Source of the DNA: Clostridia bacterium | GTDB taxonomy: Bacteria > Bacillota > Clostridia > Christensenellales > DTU072 | NCBI GenBank assembly: GCA_017504305.1 | Contig: JAFVRJ010000016.1 | Span: 5,237-69,236 of the forward strand | Direction of reading: 5' to 3' | DNA: 64,000 nt | In this document: positions 41,434-50,946 of the stretch, in pieces | Layout of the letters: each line of letters opens with the position of its first letter | Numbering within the stretch: position 1 is the first letter of the stretch | Made by a program: the position numbers and the translations under genes | Notes under the pieces: generated by a model | Told to the model about the DNA's origin: nothing | What the model saw: only the letters and a program-made list of their open reading frames with translations | Databases searched by the model: none

Positions 41434-42465
41434 TTGCCAACCATTGCACTTGCAGGCGGAGGAACCGCAGGACACGTATTGCCATCACTCGCTTTGATAA
41501 GCGAGCTTAAAAAGAACTTTGATAATATCATTTACCTTGGCGGTGACGGCATGGAGCAAGATTTGGTACCCAAAAACGGTATTCCGTTTTACCAAACATC
41601 GAATATCAAATTCAGTAGAACGCACCCGCTACAAAACTTAAAAGTTCCTATCGTGCTAAAAAAAGCATCTAACGAGGCCAGCAAAATACTAAAGGAAAAC
41701 AACGTAGACGTTGTGTTTGGTAAAGGGGGATATGCCTCTCTACCGGCCCTACTCGGAGCTAAAAAATTAGGTATTCCTACGGTAATACACGAGAGCGACT
41801 TCAAGATGGGACTTGCAAATAAACTTGCTTCCACCTTTTGTAATACGGTACTTACTTCCTTCCCCGAAACGGCCGGAGGAGTCTTCGTTGGCACCCCTAT
41901 TCGAGAGGAAATCTTTAAAGGAAGCAACGAGCGCGCCACGCTAAAATATAATCTTAAACGCACACTACCAACCATACTGATTTTCGGCGGATCGAGTGGA
42001 GCAAAAGCTATTAACGACGTAATTTTTAAGGTGGCAAAAGAGCTTACGGCCATAGGCAACGTAATACACGTTACCGGCAAAAACGAAAGGCGAAAGTTGT
42101 TTTTAGAGGGGTATTCTTCTTGTGCTTACGCGGATGACATTAACGATTTGTACGCAGCCTCGGACGTCGTTATAATGCGTGGTGGCGCCAACTCTTTGGC
42201 GGAGGCTACTGCCCTCGGTAAACGCATTATTTGTATTCCTCTACCCAAAAGTAAACATAGCCGTGGCGATCAAATTGATAACGCCAATAGCTACTTCAAA
42301 CGTGGTTTAATCGACCTTTTGCCCCAAGAAGCACTTACACCTCAAGAGCTTTTAACTCGTGTCCATACCCTTCTTAAGCAAAAGGAGCGCCCTATTAATA
42401 AGGACACCCCTAATGCGAAGATTGTGGATAAGATACTGGAGGTTTTAGCTAATCGAGCCCTATAA
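41434..42465 (+). CDS. murG: MurG-family N-acetylglucosaminyltransferase
   Basis: GGGTAGHV.P, KGGYAS, HESD, GTPIR, GGSSGA, RGGA, RGDQIDNA. Confidence 0.88.
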   Translation: MPTIALAGGGTAGHVLPSLALISELKKNFDNIIYLGGDGMEQDLVPKNGIPFYQTSNIKFSRTHPLQNLKVPIVLKKASNEASKILKENNVDVVFGKGGYASLPALLGAKKLGIPTVIHESDFKMGLANKLASTFCNTVLTSFPETAGGVFVGTPIREEIFKGSNERATLKYNLKRTLPTILIFGGSSGAKAINDVIFKVAKELTAIGNVIHVTGKNERRKLFLEGYSSCAYADDINDLYAASDVVIMRGGANSLAEATALGKRIICIPLPKSKHSRGDQIDNANSYFKRGLIDLLPQEALTPQELLTRVHTLLKQKERPINKDTPNAKIVDKILEVLANRAL

Positions 42466-43777
42466 TCTTAAGTGTATTCTCTATCGAATAAACTACCGAT
42501 CTATTACCGCTCGAATCGATAGCTACGTATGCATTATCGCAAGTAATATCTAAATTATAGCTTGATGAAGTGCCGTCGTTACGCAGTTCCGTTACGGTCA
42601 GAGTCCCCTCTTTTGAATATAAAATCGTATAACCCAACTCGCGACTGAAACAATCGTAAAAATCGGTTATACCGTCAAAAAGAGTGGAGCTTGAGGCGGT
42701 AAAGTTAAGGTCGTTATCTATCAAATATAATCTATCGGTAGAGGCATGCAGTAATAAAAAGATACCCTCTCCGTTCATAAACACTTCGGCCGAATCGGCA
42801 AGTCCAACGCCTACTCTTACCGAGTTTGCAAACGAAAAATCAACGTCGTACATCGCTATTTCCACTCCGGTAGACGTAAGCTCTGCTACGGTAAACTTTT
42901 GCTTACCCTCTACCGCTGTAGGTTGCACGCACAAAAGTTCCCTTTCAGGCATAGTGACGGATGATATTAGCTTTAAATCGGTATTTAGTTTTATGACGGA
43001 ATATCCGTTTATACCACTTACGAAAAGAGTAAAATAACTGCCGAAATCATAGACCGCTTTAACCTCGCCTGATTGCAACGCAGAGCTTGTGATAATCGCG
43101 TTATTCTTTATTTTATATACCTCGTTATTTTGATTACCGCCAATCAATAAAAATCCTTCGTTAAGCACATAAACGGTAGCTCGCGTAAGGGGCAGTAATT
43201 CCAACAATTCGGTACTGTTTAAATCAGTAGAAACGGTATATAAATAGGTTTTAGTTTCATCGACCAAAGCAACGACTATCCCTTGTGCAGTAACCGACGA
43301 AGTCAAATAGCTTAAAGGCTTAAGACTATTAAAATTAACGGCCCCTACAACGTTACCGCTTGCATCGCTTTTGATAATGCTTTGAGATCGCGCTTGCATC
43401 TTAAACGCGCCCTCTTTACTTTGATGCGTAACTATACTAAAAGTGCCTTGTGGTAATGAGTGCGTTGCATTTAGCTCCACCCCGTCAAGCGCAAGCGTTT
43501 GCTCGAACCTATATATGCCGTCAGTCTTGGATGATATCGGAAAATACTTAATTTCGGGCTCTTTTTGCGGTAGTTCAGGTTCTTGAATATCGGTATCTTG
43601 ATTATTATCAACAGTTCCGCCTGAAGGAACTTCCGTTTGCGCATCGCCGTATTCTCCACCGGAATTATCGCCTTTACCAAAGACTTCTTTTAAGCTACCA
43701 CTACCTGCAACAACCATCAAAACGGCTATTGCGGTAAGTAAAACTACTGCTAAAATTTTAGGGGCGTTTCGTTTCAT
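42449..43777 (-). CDS. Hypothetical secreted/membrane-anchored beta-rich protein
   Basis: 442-aa ORF with a GAGGT RBS, signal-like N-terminus and acidic linker; no family recognised. Confidence 0.6.
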   Translation of the reverse strand: MKRNAPKILAVVLLTAIAVLMVVAGSGSLKEVFGKGDNSGGEYGDAQTEVPSGGTVDNNQDTDIQEPELPQKEPEIKYFPISSKTDGIYRFEQTLALDGVELNATHSLPQGTFSIVTHQSKEGAFKMQARSQSIIKSDASGNVVGAVNFNSLKPLSYLTSSVTAQGIVVALVDETKTYLYTVSTDLNSTELLELLPLTRATVYVLNEGFLLIGGNQNNEVYKIKNNAIITSSALQSGEVKAVYDFGSYFTLFVSGINGYSVIKLNTDLKLISSVTMPERELLCVQPTAVEGKQKFTVAELTSTGVEIAMYDVDFSFANSVRVGVGLADSAEVFMNGEGIFLLLHASTDRLYLIDNDLNFTASSSTLFDGITDFYDCFSRELGYTILYSKEGTLTVTELRNDGTSSSYNLDITCDNAYVAIDSSGNRSVVYSIENTLKIIGLD

Positions 43778-43854
43778 TTTTACCTCGCGTTAACATTGTA
43801 GCGTATATCGCGAGGTCTGTAACCGATACGGCAAAATAAGTCAAAATAAGACTG

Positions 43855-45849
43855 TTAGTTAAAACTGATTTTATAAAATTCGTGTGCAAGAGCGTATGCG
43901 ATAAGCTCCAATCTATGAGCATTAACGTCTACTCGAGTCGCAAGTTCTCTTGCCCTTTCCATCAAGCGAAGATTTAGTCTTGACGGCGTACGTCCGCTTT
44001 GCTCTACACCAAGCCAATCACCGGCACCACGTAACTCGCAATCGCGCTCTGCAATACTTAAGCCGTCTTTCTCTTGAACAAGCGTTTCCAATCTAATGAT
44101 ATCATCACCGCTCTTTGCAGTGTAAAGGAAACAATGTGCTTCAGCACCATCACGACCGATACGACCTCTTAATTGGTGTAACGTTGCAAGTCCAAAGCGA
44201 TCTGCTTCAAATATAGCCATAAGCGATGCCTTGGGAACGTCGATACCTACTTCGATAACCGTAGTAGAAACCAATACTTGCACCCTACCCTCTGCAAAAT
44301 CGGTAAGGGTTTGTTGCTTTTCCTGCGCCTTTTGTTTGCCGTGTAATAACGCTACGCTAACTTGATCACCATAACTCTTGACTATATCTTTATATAGCTT
44401 ATCAACGGAATAGCTTTCAACGCCTTCAACGTCATAGATTTTGGGAGCAACAATATAAGCCTGTCTACCGTCGGTAATGCATTTTTCAACGATGTAATCA
44501 AGCATTGCTTTGCGCTTTTTGGGGGTAACTACCGCGGTCTTTATGTTATCGCTATCGTAACGCCTTTCGATATTTAAAATGTTGATATCGCCAAAAACCG
44601 TAAGGCGCAATGATCTCGGTATGGGAGTTGCGGAAAGAGTCAGCGTATCCACAGCTTTGCCCTTATCCATAAGAGAGGTTCTTTGTGCTACACCAAATCG
44701 ATGTTGCTCGTCTATAACGACCATTGCGAGCCTTCTAAAGTCTACCCCCTTTGAAATTACTGCGTGCGTGCCTATAACGATATCCACAAGACCAAGGGAC
44801 ACTTTCTCGCTAACTCTGCGCTTTTCAGCAACGCTCAACGAGCCTGTTAAAAGCTCAACTCGAATACCAAACGGAGATAAAATCTTTTTGAAATTATTAT
44901 AATGTTGTACCGCTAAAATTTCGGTCGGAGCCATTACCGCTGCTTGATGTCCGCTCGCAACCGCATATGCGGTTGAAAGTAGCGCAACTATAGTTTTACC
45001 GCTACCTACGTCTCCTACGAGCATTGCGTTAAGCGGTTTATTGGAGTGTAAATCGTTAACTATAGCGGTAATAGCCTCACCTTGAGTGGGAGTAAGCTTA
45101 TAAGGTAATGAATTTATAATACCCTTAAGCAAATCTTCGTTGTGAGCATAAAAAACGGTACGATCGGTTTCGTTACGAATAAGTTTGTACGCACTAATCT
45201 CGCGCACTAAATTTTCGATTTCCAATCTATCTGCACCAGCGTTCGCCTCGCTTATGGTCTTGGGCGCGTGAGCATAGATTACCGCATCGTTAATAGATAA
45301 AACGTCAGAGCTATCAGGTATAAGACTTTGTTCGATTATGCCCTTTGTCAAGGCGTCTTGTACCATGCCTGCAAAAGTAGCTTGAGGTATAAGTCCACGT
45401 AAAGGATAGATGGACTTAATGCCCCTACCCTTCACTTCCCCCGGAATAACAGGCTCGAAAGAAGGATTAATAAGCTCTAAAACGTTACCCTCCTTTTTTA
45501 GCTTGCCGTAAACTCTAACTATTGCGCCTACGTAAACCGTTTTTGCAACGTAATTGGCATTATACCAACAAAGCTTAATCTGTCTCGGATAACTATCGCA
45601 AACTCCGCTCGCTCTAAAAATCTGCATCCTGCCCTTGCGTACGGGACGGGAGCTTGAAACAATATTTAGTACTAAAACGACAAAGTCCCCGTTGTCAGCT
45701 CCTTGCAAATCGGAGATGGCATCGAGGTCTATGTATTTGGATGGCATAAATCTCAAAAGATCCTTAATGGAATTTATGCCTAAATAATTAAGTTTTTCTA
45801 AAGTAACGGGACCAACCCCTTTAACTTTAAGGAGTTCCTTTGCTTCCAT
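43855..45849 (-). CDS. recG: ATP-dependent DNA helicase RecG
   Basis: GDVGSGKT, MAPTEILA.QH, DEQHRFGV.QR, SATPIPRSL, QLRGRIGR. Confidence 0.95.
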   Translation of the reverse strand: MEAKELLKVKGVGPVTLEKLNYLGINSIKDLLRFMPSKYIDLDAISDLQGADNGDFVVLVLNIVSSSRPVRKGRMQIFRASGVCDSYPRQIKLCWYNANYVAKTVYVGAIVRVYGKLKKEGNVLELINPSFEPVIPGEVKGRGIKSIYPLRGLIPQATFAGMVQDALTKGIIEQSLIPDSSDVLSINDAVIYAHAPKTISEANAGADRLEIENLVREISAYKLIRNETDRTVFYAHNEDLLKGIINSLPYKLTPTQGEAITAIVNDLHSNKPLNAMLVGDVGSGKTIVALLSTAYAVASGHQAAVMAPTEILAVQHYNNFKKILSPFGIRVELLTGSLSVAEKRRVSEKVSLGLVDIVIGTHAVISKGVDFRRLAMVVIDEQHRFGVAQRTSLMDKGKAVDTLTLSATPIPRSLRLTVFGDINILNIERRYDSDNIKTAVVTPKKRKAMLDYIVEKCITDGRQAYIVAPKIYDVEGVESYSVDKLYKDIVKSYGDQVSVALLHGKQKAQEKQQTLTDFAEGRVQVLVSTTVIEVGIDVPKASLMAIFEADRFGLATLHQLRGRIGRDGAEAHCFLYTAKSGDDIIRLETLVQEKDGLSIAERDCELRGAGDWLGVEQSGRTPSRLNLRLMERARELATRVDVNAHRLELIAYALAHEFYKISFN

Positions 45850-47480
45850 TACTCAACCGATACGTAATAGAAATAGTGTTGTTGGCCACCTTCGATAATG
45901 GTGATATCGTGGAAGGGATATTCTTCGGCAAGTTTTTCTTCAAGAGCCATCGCAACAGACTCGGTTAAGCCTGCACCGTAATAAACGGAAATTGAAGCAG
46001 TGTCATCATCCGCCATTTTATTAATAACGTCCATAGCTACTTCGTTGACGTCAGAGCCACCGGAAACTACTACCTTATCGTACAAACCGATTATGTCGCC
46101 GTTATGTAGCTCGATGCCATCCATCTCAACGTCACGTACTGCGTGGGTGATTTGACCGCTACGTACGCCTTGCATAGCCTTTTGCATATTGTTGACGTTG
46201 TCTTCAATAGATGCATCAGGATTAAAGTTAACTGCTGCAGCAATGCCTTGCGGTATATTTTTTGTAGCTATAACTACCAAATTGGCTTTGGTTAACTCTT
46301 TGGCTTGCTCTGCCGCCATTACTATATTACCATTGTTAGGTAAGATGTATACGGTGTCTGCATTGACGCTATCTACAAGCTTTACTATGTCCTCTACACA
46401 GGGATTCATAGTCTGACCGCCCTCAAGTACAGCGTCTGCATGTAGCTCGGTAAATAAGGTCTTGATGCCCTCACCGGTACATATGGAAACAAGTCCGGTT
46501 GCCTTATGGGGCGCCACCTTTTTATCTGCAATAAGCTTGCGGTTTTGCTCGAGCATATTTTCGATTTTAGGTCTATCGAGCTCACCAAGCTTAAGAGCGT
46601 AACCGAGTGCTATATCCGGGGTATTGGTATGTACGTGTACCTTTACCATATCAAGATCGCCTACGACTATCAAACTATCGCCAATCTTGTTAAGTCTATC
46701 ACGCAACTTGTCGATGTCGCTTAAGGTGGTCTTTTTGTTTAGATTAATAATAAAGAACTCGGTGCAATAAGCATACTTGATATCTTCGACACTGGTAAAT
46801 ACGTGGTCGACGTCCTCTTCATTAACGTTGTAAGCGGTGTGGATGGGATGCTCGACTGCAACCATCTCTTTGCCCGCTAAAACGTTGTACATACCGTACA
46901 AAATGCATAACAAGCCTCTACCGCCTGCATCTACTACGCCCGCCTTTTTGAGTACGGGGAGCATGTCGGGAGTCTTATTAAGAATCTTTTCGCCTTGAGC
47001 AAGTATTGCTTCGAAGAACTTAAGGAAATCGGTCTTTTTTACTGCAATTTTGAGTGCATAATCGCTCACAAGACGAATAACCGTCAAAATCGTACCCTCT
47101 TTAGGATGGGTAACTACGTCGTAAGCAATCAATGAACCGTTTTTAAGTGCTCGAGCAAAAACCTTGGTGGTCAATACGCCCGATTCCTTTAATATTGCGC
47201 TAAATCCTTTAAAAATTTGACTTAAAATAACACCGCTGTTACCACGGGCACCTATCAACGCACCTTTTGCAAAAGCTGCGCTTATAGCGCCAATAGAATC
47301 CTCTTGTACCGACTCCATCTCTTTAACCGAAGATGCCATCGTAAGATTCATATTGGTGCCGGTATCGCCATCCGGTACAGGGAAAACGTTGAGGCTATCG
47401 ACGTAAGCCTTGTTAATCTCGAGATTAAGAGCTCCGCCTGCAAGCATCTCACGTAGTTTTTGTGCACTAATACTGTTCAT
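45849..47480 (-). CDS. fakA: DAK2 domain protein (fatty acid kinase FakA/YloV)
   Basis: LNVFPVPDGDTGTNM, GARGNSGVILSQ, VVDAGG, YCTEF, GGQTMNP. Confidence 0.92.
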   Translation of the reverse strand: MNSISAQKLREMLAGGALNLEINKAYVDSLNVFPVPDGDTGTNMNLTMASSVKEMESVQEDSIGAISAAFAKGALIGARGNSGVILSQIFKGFSAILKESGVLTTKVFARALKNGSLIAYDVVTHPKEGTILTVIRLVSDYALKIAVKKTDFLKFFEAILAQGEKILNKTPDMLPVLKKAGVVDAGGRGLLCILYGMYNVLAGKEMVAVEHPIHTAYNVNEEDVDHVFTSVEDIKYAYCTEFFIINLNKKTTLSDIDKLRDRLNKIGDSLIVVGDLDMVKVHVHTNTPDIALGYALKLGELDRPKIENMLEQNRKLIADKKVAPHKATGLVSICTGEGIKTLFTELHADAVLEGGQTMNPCVEDIVKLVDSVNADTVYILPNNGNIVMAAEQAKELTKANLVVIATKNIPQGIAAAVNFNPDASIEDNVNNMQKAMQGVRSGQITHAVRDVEMDGIELHNGDIIGLYDKVVVSGGSDVNEVAMDVINKMADDDTASISVYYGAGLTESVAMALEEKLAEEYPFHDITIIEGGQQHYFYYVSVE

Positions 47481-47506
47481 ATATTCCTATAGTCTTGCGA
47501 CTCTAT

Positions 47507-47857
47507 CTATAATTTTACTCCTACTACGTGGACGTTTACACTCTTAACTCTCATACCAGTCAAGTGCTCAACGTTATACTCTATCGAAGATTTAAGATTT
47601 TCGATGACCGCTTCTCTCCTAATGCCGTCTTTAATGATTACGTAAAGATCAACGAAGATACGGTTATCCATCGTTACGATTTTGACACCTTTATTAAGAG
47701 GCTCACGATTAAACATTACCATAATGCTATCGCTAAGTCTACGACTTACAAGCTCTACTACACCGTAACATGAACGCGCAACACGACTAACGATAACCGC
47801 TACCGCAGTATCGCTAATGTTAATATTGCCGTATCTGTTAAAGGTGGTAAGTGCCAT
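47507..47857 (-). CDS. Asp23/Gls24 family protein (YloU)
   Basis: G.I.IS, CYGVV, Y.VE..TG...K.VNVHV; conserved position between rpmB and fakA. Confidence 0.88.
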   Translation of the reverse strand: MALTTFNRYGNINISDTAVAVIVSRVARSCYGVVELVSRRLSDSIMVMFNREPLNKGVKIVTMDNRIFVDLYVIIKDGIRREAVIENLKSSIEYNVEHLTGMRVKSVNVHVVGVKL

Positions 47858-47957
47858 TTTTTCTCCGTCCACAAGTAGTATACATACTTATTGATGATAC
47901 TATAATAAATCAAACAGGAAAATTTTGCAACTAAATAAAGAAAATACATTAAAACTG

Positions 47958-47986
47958 TTGCCAAACAAAACACAATTTTGTATAAT
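47958..47986 (+). promoter_or_regulatory. sigma-A promoter of rpmB
   Basis: TTGCCA-17 nt-TATAAT. Confidence 0.75.
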
Positions 47987-48019
47987 ACATAAGTCCGAAA
48001 AAATGTAGGAGGTATAAAT

Positions 48020-48208
48020 ATGTCCAAGGTTTGCAGCATTTGCGGAAAAGGTCAAATGAGTGGTAACAAAGTAAGCCATAGTAATATCAAGACCAGAAGA
48101 AGCTGGGGCGCTAACGTCCATAAGGCAGACGTCGAAATCAACGGCAAAGTTCAAAACGTTTACGTTTGCACCCGTTGCCTTCGCACCATGAAGAAAGTTA
48201 ACGACTAA
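48020..48208 (+). CDS. rpmB: 50S ribosomal protein L28 (CxxC...CxxC form)
   Basis: CSICGK..GNKVSHS..T.R.W.AN...VCTRCLR. Confidence 0.97.
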   Translation: MSKVCSICGKGQMSGNKVSHSNIKTRRSWGANVHKADVEINGKVQNVYVCTRCLRTMKKVND

Positions 48209-48236
48209 TTTATCTTCTTTACAATTTTAGCTTTTT

Positions 48237-48263
48237 AAAGACACTTGGCGACAAGTGTTTTTT
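48237..48263 (+). terminator. rpmB terminator
   Basis: ACACTTG-gcga-CAAGTGT plus T-tract. Confidence 0.8.
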
Positions 48264-48278
48264 AGCGTTGATAACCGC

Positions 48279-48317
48279 ATAAACAAAGCTCGCAATCGTT
48301 TTGCGAGCTTTGTTTAT
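48279..48317 (-). terminator. Terminator of the ABC operon
   Basis: ATAAACAAAGCTCGCAA-tcgtt-TTGCGAGCTTTGTTTAT. Confidence 0.8.
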
Positions 48318-48340
48318 TTATAAGTTCAATAATTTGCTTA

Positions 48341-49156
48341 TTAGATTTCGGAGTTTACGCCTTGTAAAAACGCTTTTAGCTTGGGTGACTTCGGATTGTC
48401 GAATACCTCGCTCGGAGCCCCCTCTTCTTCCACTAAACCCTCTGCCATAAACACAATTTTATCCGATACGTTCTTTGCAAATCCCATTTCGTGCGTAACG
48501 ATAATCATTGTCATGTTGGTGGATTCTTTGAGCTCTTTTATAACCCTTAATACCTCGCCGGTAAGCTCGGGATCAAGCGCCGACGTGGGCTCGTCAAAGC
48601 ACAATACCAAGGGCTTGAGCGCCATCGCTCTTGCGATTGCAACACGTTGGCATTGACCGCCTGAAAGCTCACAGGGATAGGAGTCTTTCTTTTCGGTAAG
48701 TCCAACTTTTTCTAAAAGCTCAAGGCCCTCTTTTTCAATTTCAAGCTTTCTTTCGTGAACGGCTCGCTTAAGCTCTCTGCCTTTTAAGCCCTGCTTCTTC
48801 AAAGAGGTTTCAGCCAAAAGTCCGGGGGCAAGCGTTACGTTCTTCAAAACGGTGTACTGCGGGAAAAGGTTAAAGGACTGGAATACCAAACCAAAATTAA
48901 GTCGCTTTTGTCTTATTTCGGCGTCACTGTATTGATTGGCTTTAGCTGCGTCAAAAAGCAACTCCCCTTCCAAAAGCATCTGACCACTATCGGGCGTCTC
49001 GAGGAAGTTGATACTGCGTAATAACGTGGTTTTACCGCTTCCCGAAGATCCGATTATAGTTAAAACCTCGCTCTTTTCGATTGAAACATCTATCCCTTTT
49101 AGCACCTGTAATCCGCCAAAAGATTTTGTAAAGTTTTTAATTTCCAAATAACTCAT
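48341..49156 (-). CDS. Polar amino acid ABC transporter ATP-binding protein (GlnQ-like)
   Basis: GSSGSGKTT, VFQSFNLF, LSGGQCQR, FDEPTSALDPE, VTHEM. Confidence 0.95.
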   Translation of the reverse strand: MSYLEIKNFTKSFGGLQVLKGIDVSIEKSEVLTIIGSSGSGKTTLLRSINFLETPDSGQMLLEGELLFDAAKANQYSDAEIRQKRLNFGLVFQSFNLFPQYTVLKNVTLAPGLLAETSLKKQGLKGRELKRAVHERKLEIEKEGLELLEKVGLTEKKDSYPCELSGGQCQRVAIARAMALKPLVLCFDEPTSALDPELTGEVLRVIKELKESTNMTMIIVTHEMGFAKNVSDKIVFMAEGLVEEEGAPSEVFDNPKSPKLKAFLQGVNSEI

Positions 49157-49159
49157 AGT

Positions 49160-49843
49160 TTATTCCTTATAAAAATTAAGCTTCTTTTCAAGGAACGCAA
49201 ACAATACCGTTAAGAGTCCATTGAAAATTAAATAGAACGCTGCAGCGTAGAATAAAGGCGTCAATACAACGAATTCGTTTACCAAGGATTCTGCCATTGT
49301 GTAAAGCTCTATAACGCCTGCAACCGAAGCAAGAGCAGTATCTTTAACCAAAGTTATAACTTCGTTACTAACGGGAGTTAAGGTCTTTTTAACAAGTTGT
49401 AAGAAGATAATTTTTCTAAATATTTGCCCTTTAGTCATACCTAAAACGGCACCGGCTTCATATTGACCTTTAGGCATACCCTCTATTGCGCCACGGAAGA
49501 TTTCCGAAAAATAGCAAGCGTAGTTCAAAATAAACGCTAAACTTGCATATACGAATAGTAGGCTCTTCATTTTAATGCCAAAGAAGGAAATAATCGTCGT
49601 GTTACCTACGTTAAATAGATAGTAAGGTATTAAGGTAACAAGCAGTACTTGAAGCATCAACGGCGTACCGCGAATAATCCAAACAAGGCCTCGACAAAAG
49701 GCTTTGAGTGGAATAAATTTGGATCTTGATCCAAACGATATAACTAATCCAAGTGGTAAAGACGCCAAAAGGGTTATGGCAAACAATAATAATGTTTTGC
49801 CAAAACCCTCACAGAGCGCTTTAATAATTTCTAAAAATTCCAT
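49160..49843 (-). CDS. Polar amino acid ABC transporter permease
   Basis: RGTPLMLQ, YFSEIFRG, GQYEAGAVLG (EAA loop), LVKDTAL. Confidence 0.95.
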   Translation of the reverse strand: MEFLEIIKALCEGFGKTLLLFAITLLASLPLGLVISFGSRSKFIPLKAFCRGLVWIIRGTPLMLQVLLVTLIPYYLFNVGNTTIISFFGIKMKSLLFVYASLAFILNYACYFSEIFRGAIEGMPKGQYEAGAVLGMTKGQIFRKIIFLQLVKKTLTPVSNEVITLVKDTALASVAGVIELYTMAESLVNEFVVLTPLFYAAAFYLIFNGLLTVLFAFLEKKLNFYKE

Positions 49844-49855
49844 TTTATAATATTA

Positions 49856-50707
49856 TTATTTTTCGAGAGAAATGTAGTAGTTAGCCATTACGGAGTCGAT
49901 AACGATAACGTCGAGAGTGCCGGCCTTAAGCTTGTTGTAAGCATCTAATTGAGAGGTGCACTTGATATACTCTTTACCGATGTTATTTTTTTCGATTTGA
50001 GCTTCGCCTGCAGAGCCGTCTTCAGCACCTGCGATAGCATCTTTCATAGCGTCGATAGAGGTGAGATTATCAGCATTGTTGCTCATAACTACCGCTACTT
50101 GCTTGTTGTTGAGATAAGGTACGGAGATGCACATTTCTGCAAGTCTATCCTCGGTGATGGTGAGGCCGTTCCATACTAAATCGATTGAGCCACCTTCGAG
50201 CATAGCTTCTTTAGCACTCCATTGGATTTCCAAGAATTCAACAACGATGTTGGTGCTGTAAGTGGTATTGAGATAGTTAAATACCGCTTTAGCAAGGTCA
50301 ATATCATAGCCCTTGGTGGGAACGTCGTCTACTACGTCAAACGCGATAGGAGCAAATACGGTGTAGCCGATAACAACCTTATTTCTTGATACGAGGTTGG
50401 TCCAGCTTGCATCAGATGCGGAAGCAAAAGGATTAACGGTAGAAGAAGTAACTGCGATTTCACTATTCAAGCCGTAAGCGGTTGCAACGGTTTGCATTTC
50501 GTCATCAGCGATAGCGATAAGAGCTTCGTTGATTTTGGAGATCAAAGCATTATTGCCTTTTTTAGCTGCGATACCATATTGCTCTTGAGCAAGAACTAAA
50601 TCGGTAACTACAACGGGCTTATTGTCTTTTTTGCCACAAGCAACGATAGTTGCTGCAAGCGATAAAACGATAACTGCTACTAACAAAACTGATAAGAATT
50701 TTTTCAT
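49856..50707 (-). CDS. Amino acid ABC substrate-binding lipoprotein (family 3), circularly permuted order
   Basis: Lipobox IVAC; IGYTVFAP, GYDIDLA, WNGLTIT, PYLNNKQV; the usual C-terminal EQYGIA...INEAL segment sits at the N-terminus. Confidence 0.88.
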   Translation of the reverse strand: MKKFLSVLLVAVIVLSLAATIVACGKKDNKPVVVTDLVLAQEQYGIAAKKGNNALISKINEALIAIADDEMQTVATAYGLNSEIAVTSSTVNPFASASDASWTNLVSRNKVVIGYTVFAPIAFDVVDDVPTKGYDIDLAKAVFNYLNTTYSTNIVVEFLEIQWSAKEAMLEGGSIDLVWNGLTITEDRLAEMCISVPYLNNKQVAVVMSNNADNLTSIDAMKDAIAGAEDGSAGEAQIEKNNIGKEYIKCTSQLDAYNKLKAGTLDVIVIDSVMANYYISLEK

Positions 50708-50740
50708 GATATTGTGTTTCCTTTTGGGTTTATTTATTTG

Positions 50741-50804
50741 CTTTATCACTTTACTTAACTGAAGCGATGGTTGTATTATACTTCATTGCGCTAAAGTTGT
50801 AAAG
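50741..50804 (-). promoter_or_regulatory. sigma-A promoter of the ABC operon with a palindromic operator array
   Basis: TTTACA-17 nt-TATAAT on the minus strand; six CTT(T/C)Annn-type 8-mers arranged as a 24-bp imperfect inverted repeat around the -10. Confidence 0.65.
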
Positions 50805-50913
50805 CGTTTTTAGTATATTTTTTAAAAATTTTTTATAATTTTTTCAACGACTGCTAAAAATGGGTGAAAATACTATTATTTTATGCGTTTTTTCGATCTA
50901 TGAGATAATATAT

Positions 50914-50946
50914 AAAAAAATATAAAGGTGCTTTTTAGCACCTTTA
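50914..50946 (-). terminator. Terminator after spoVM
   Basis: TAAAGGTGCT-ttt(t)-AGCACCTTTA plus a T-rich tract on the minus strand. Confidence 0.75.

Noticed and set aside
48740-48830. Basic insertion of about 20 aa in the ABC ATPase helical domain
   Set aside because: This loop varies in length among GlnQ-like proteins; no evidence links it to the permuted SBP.
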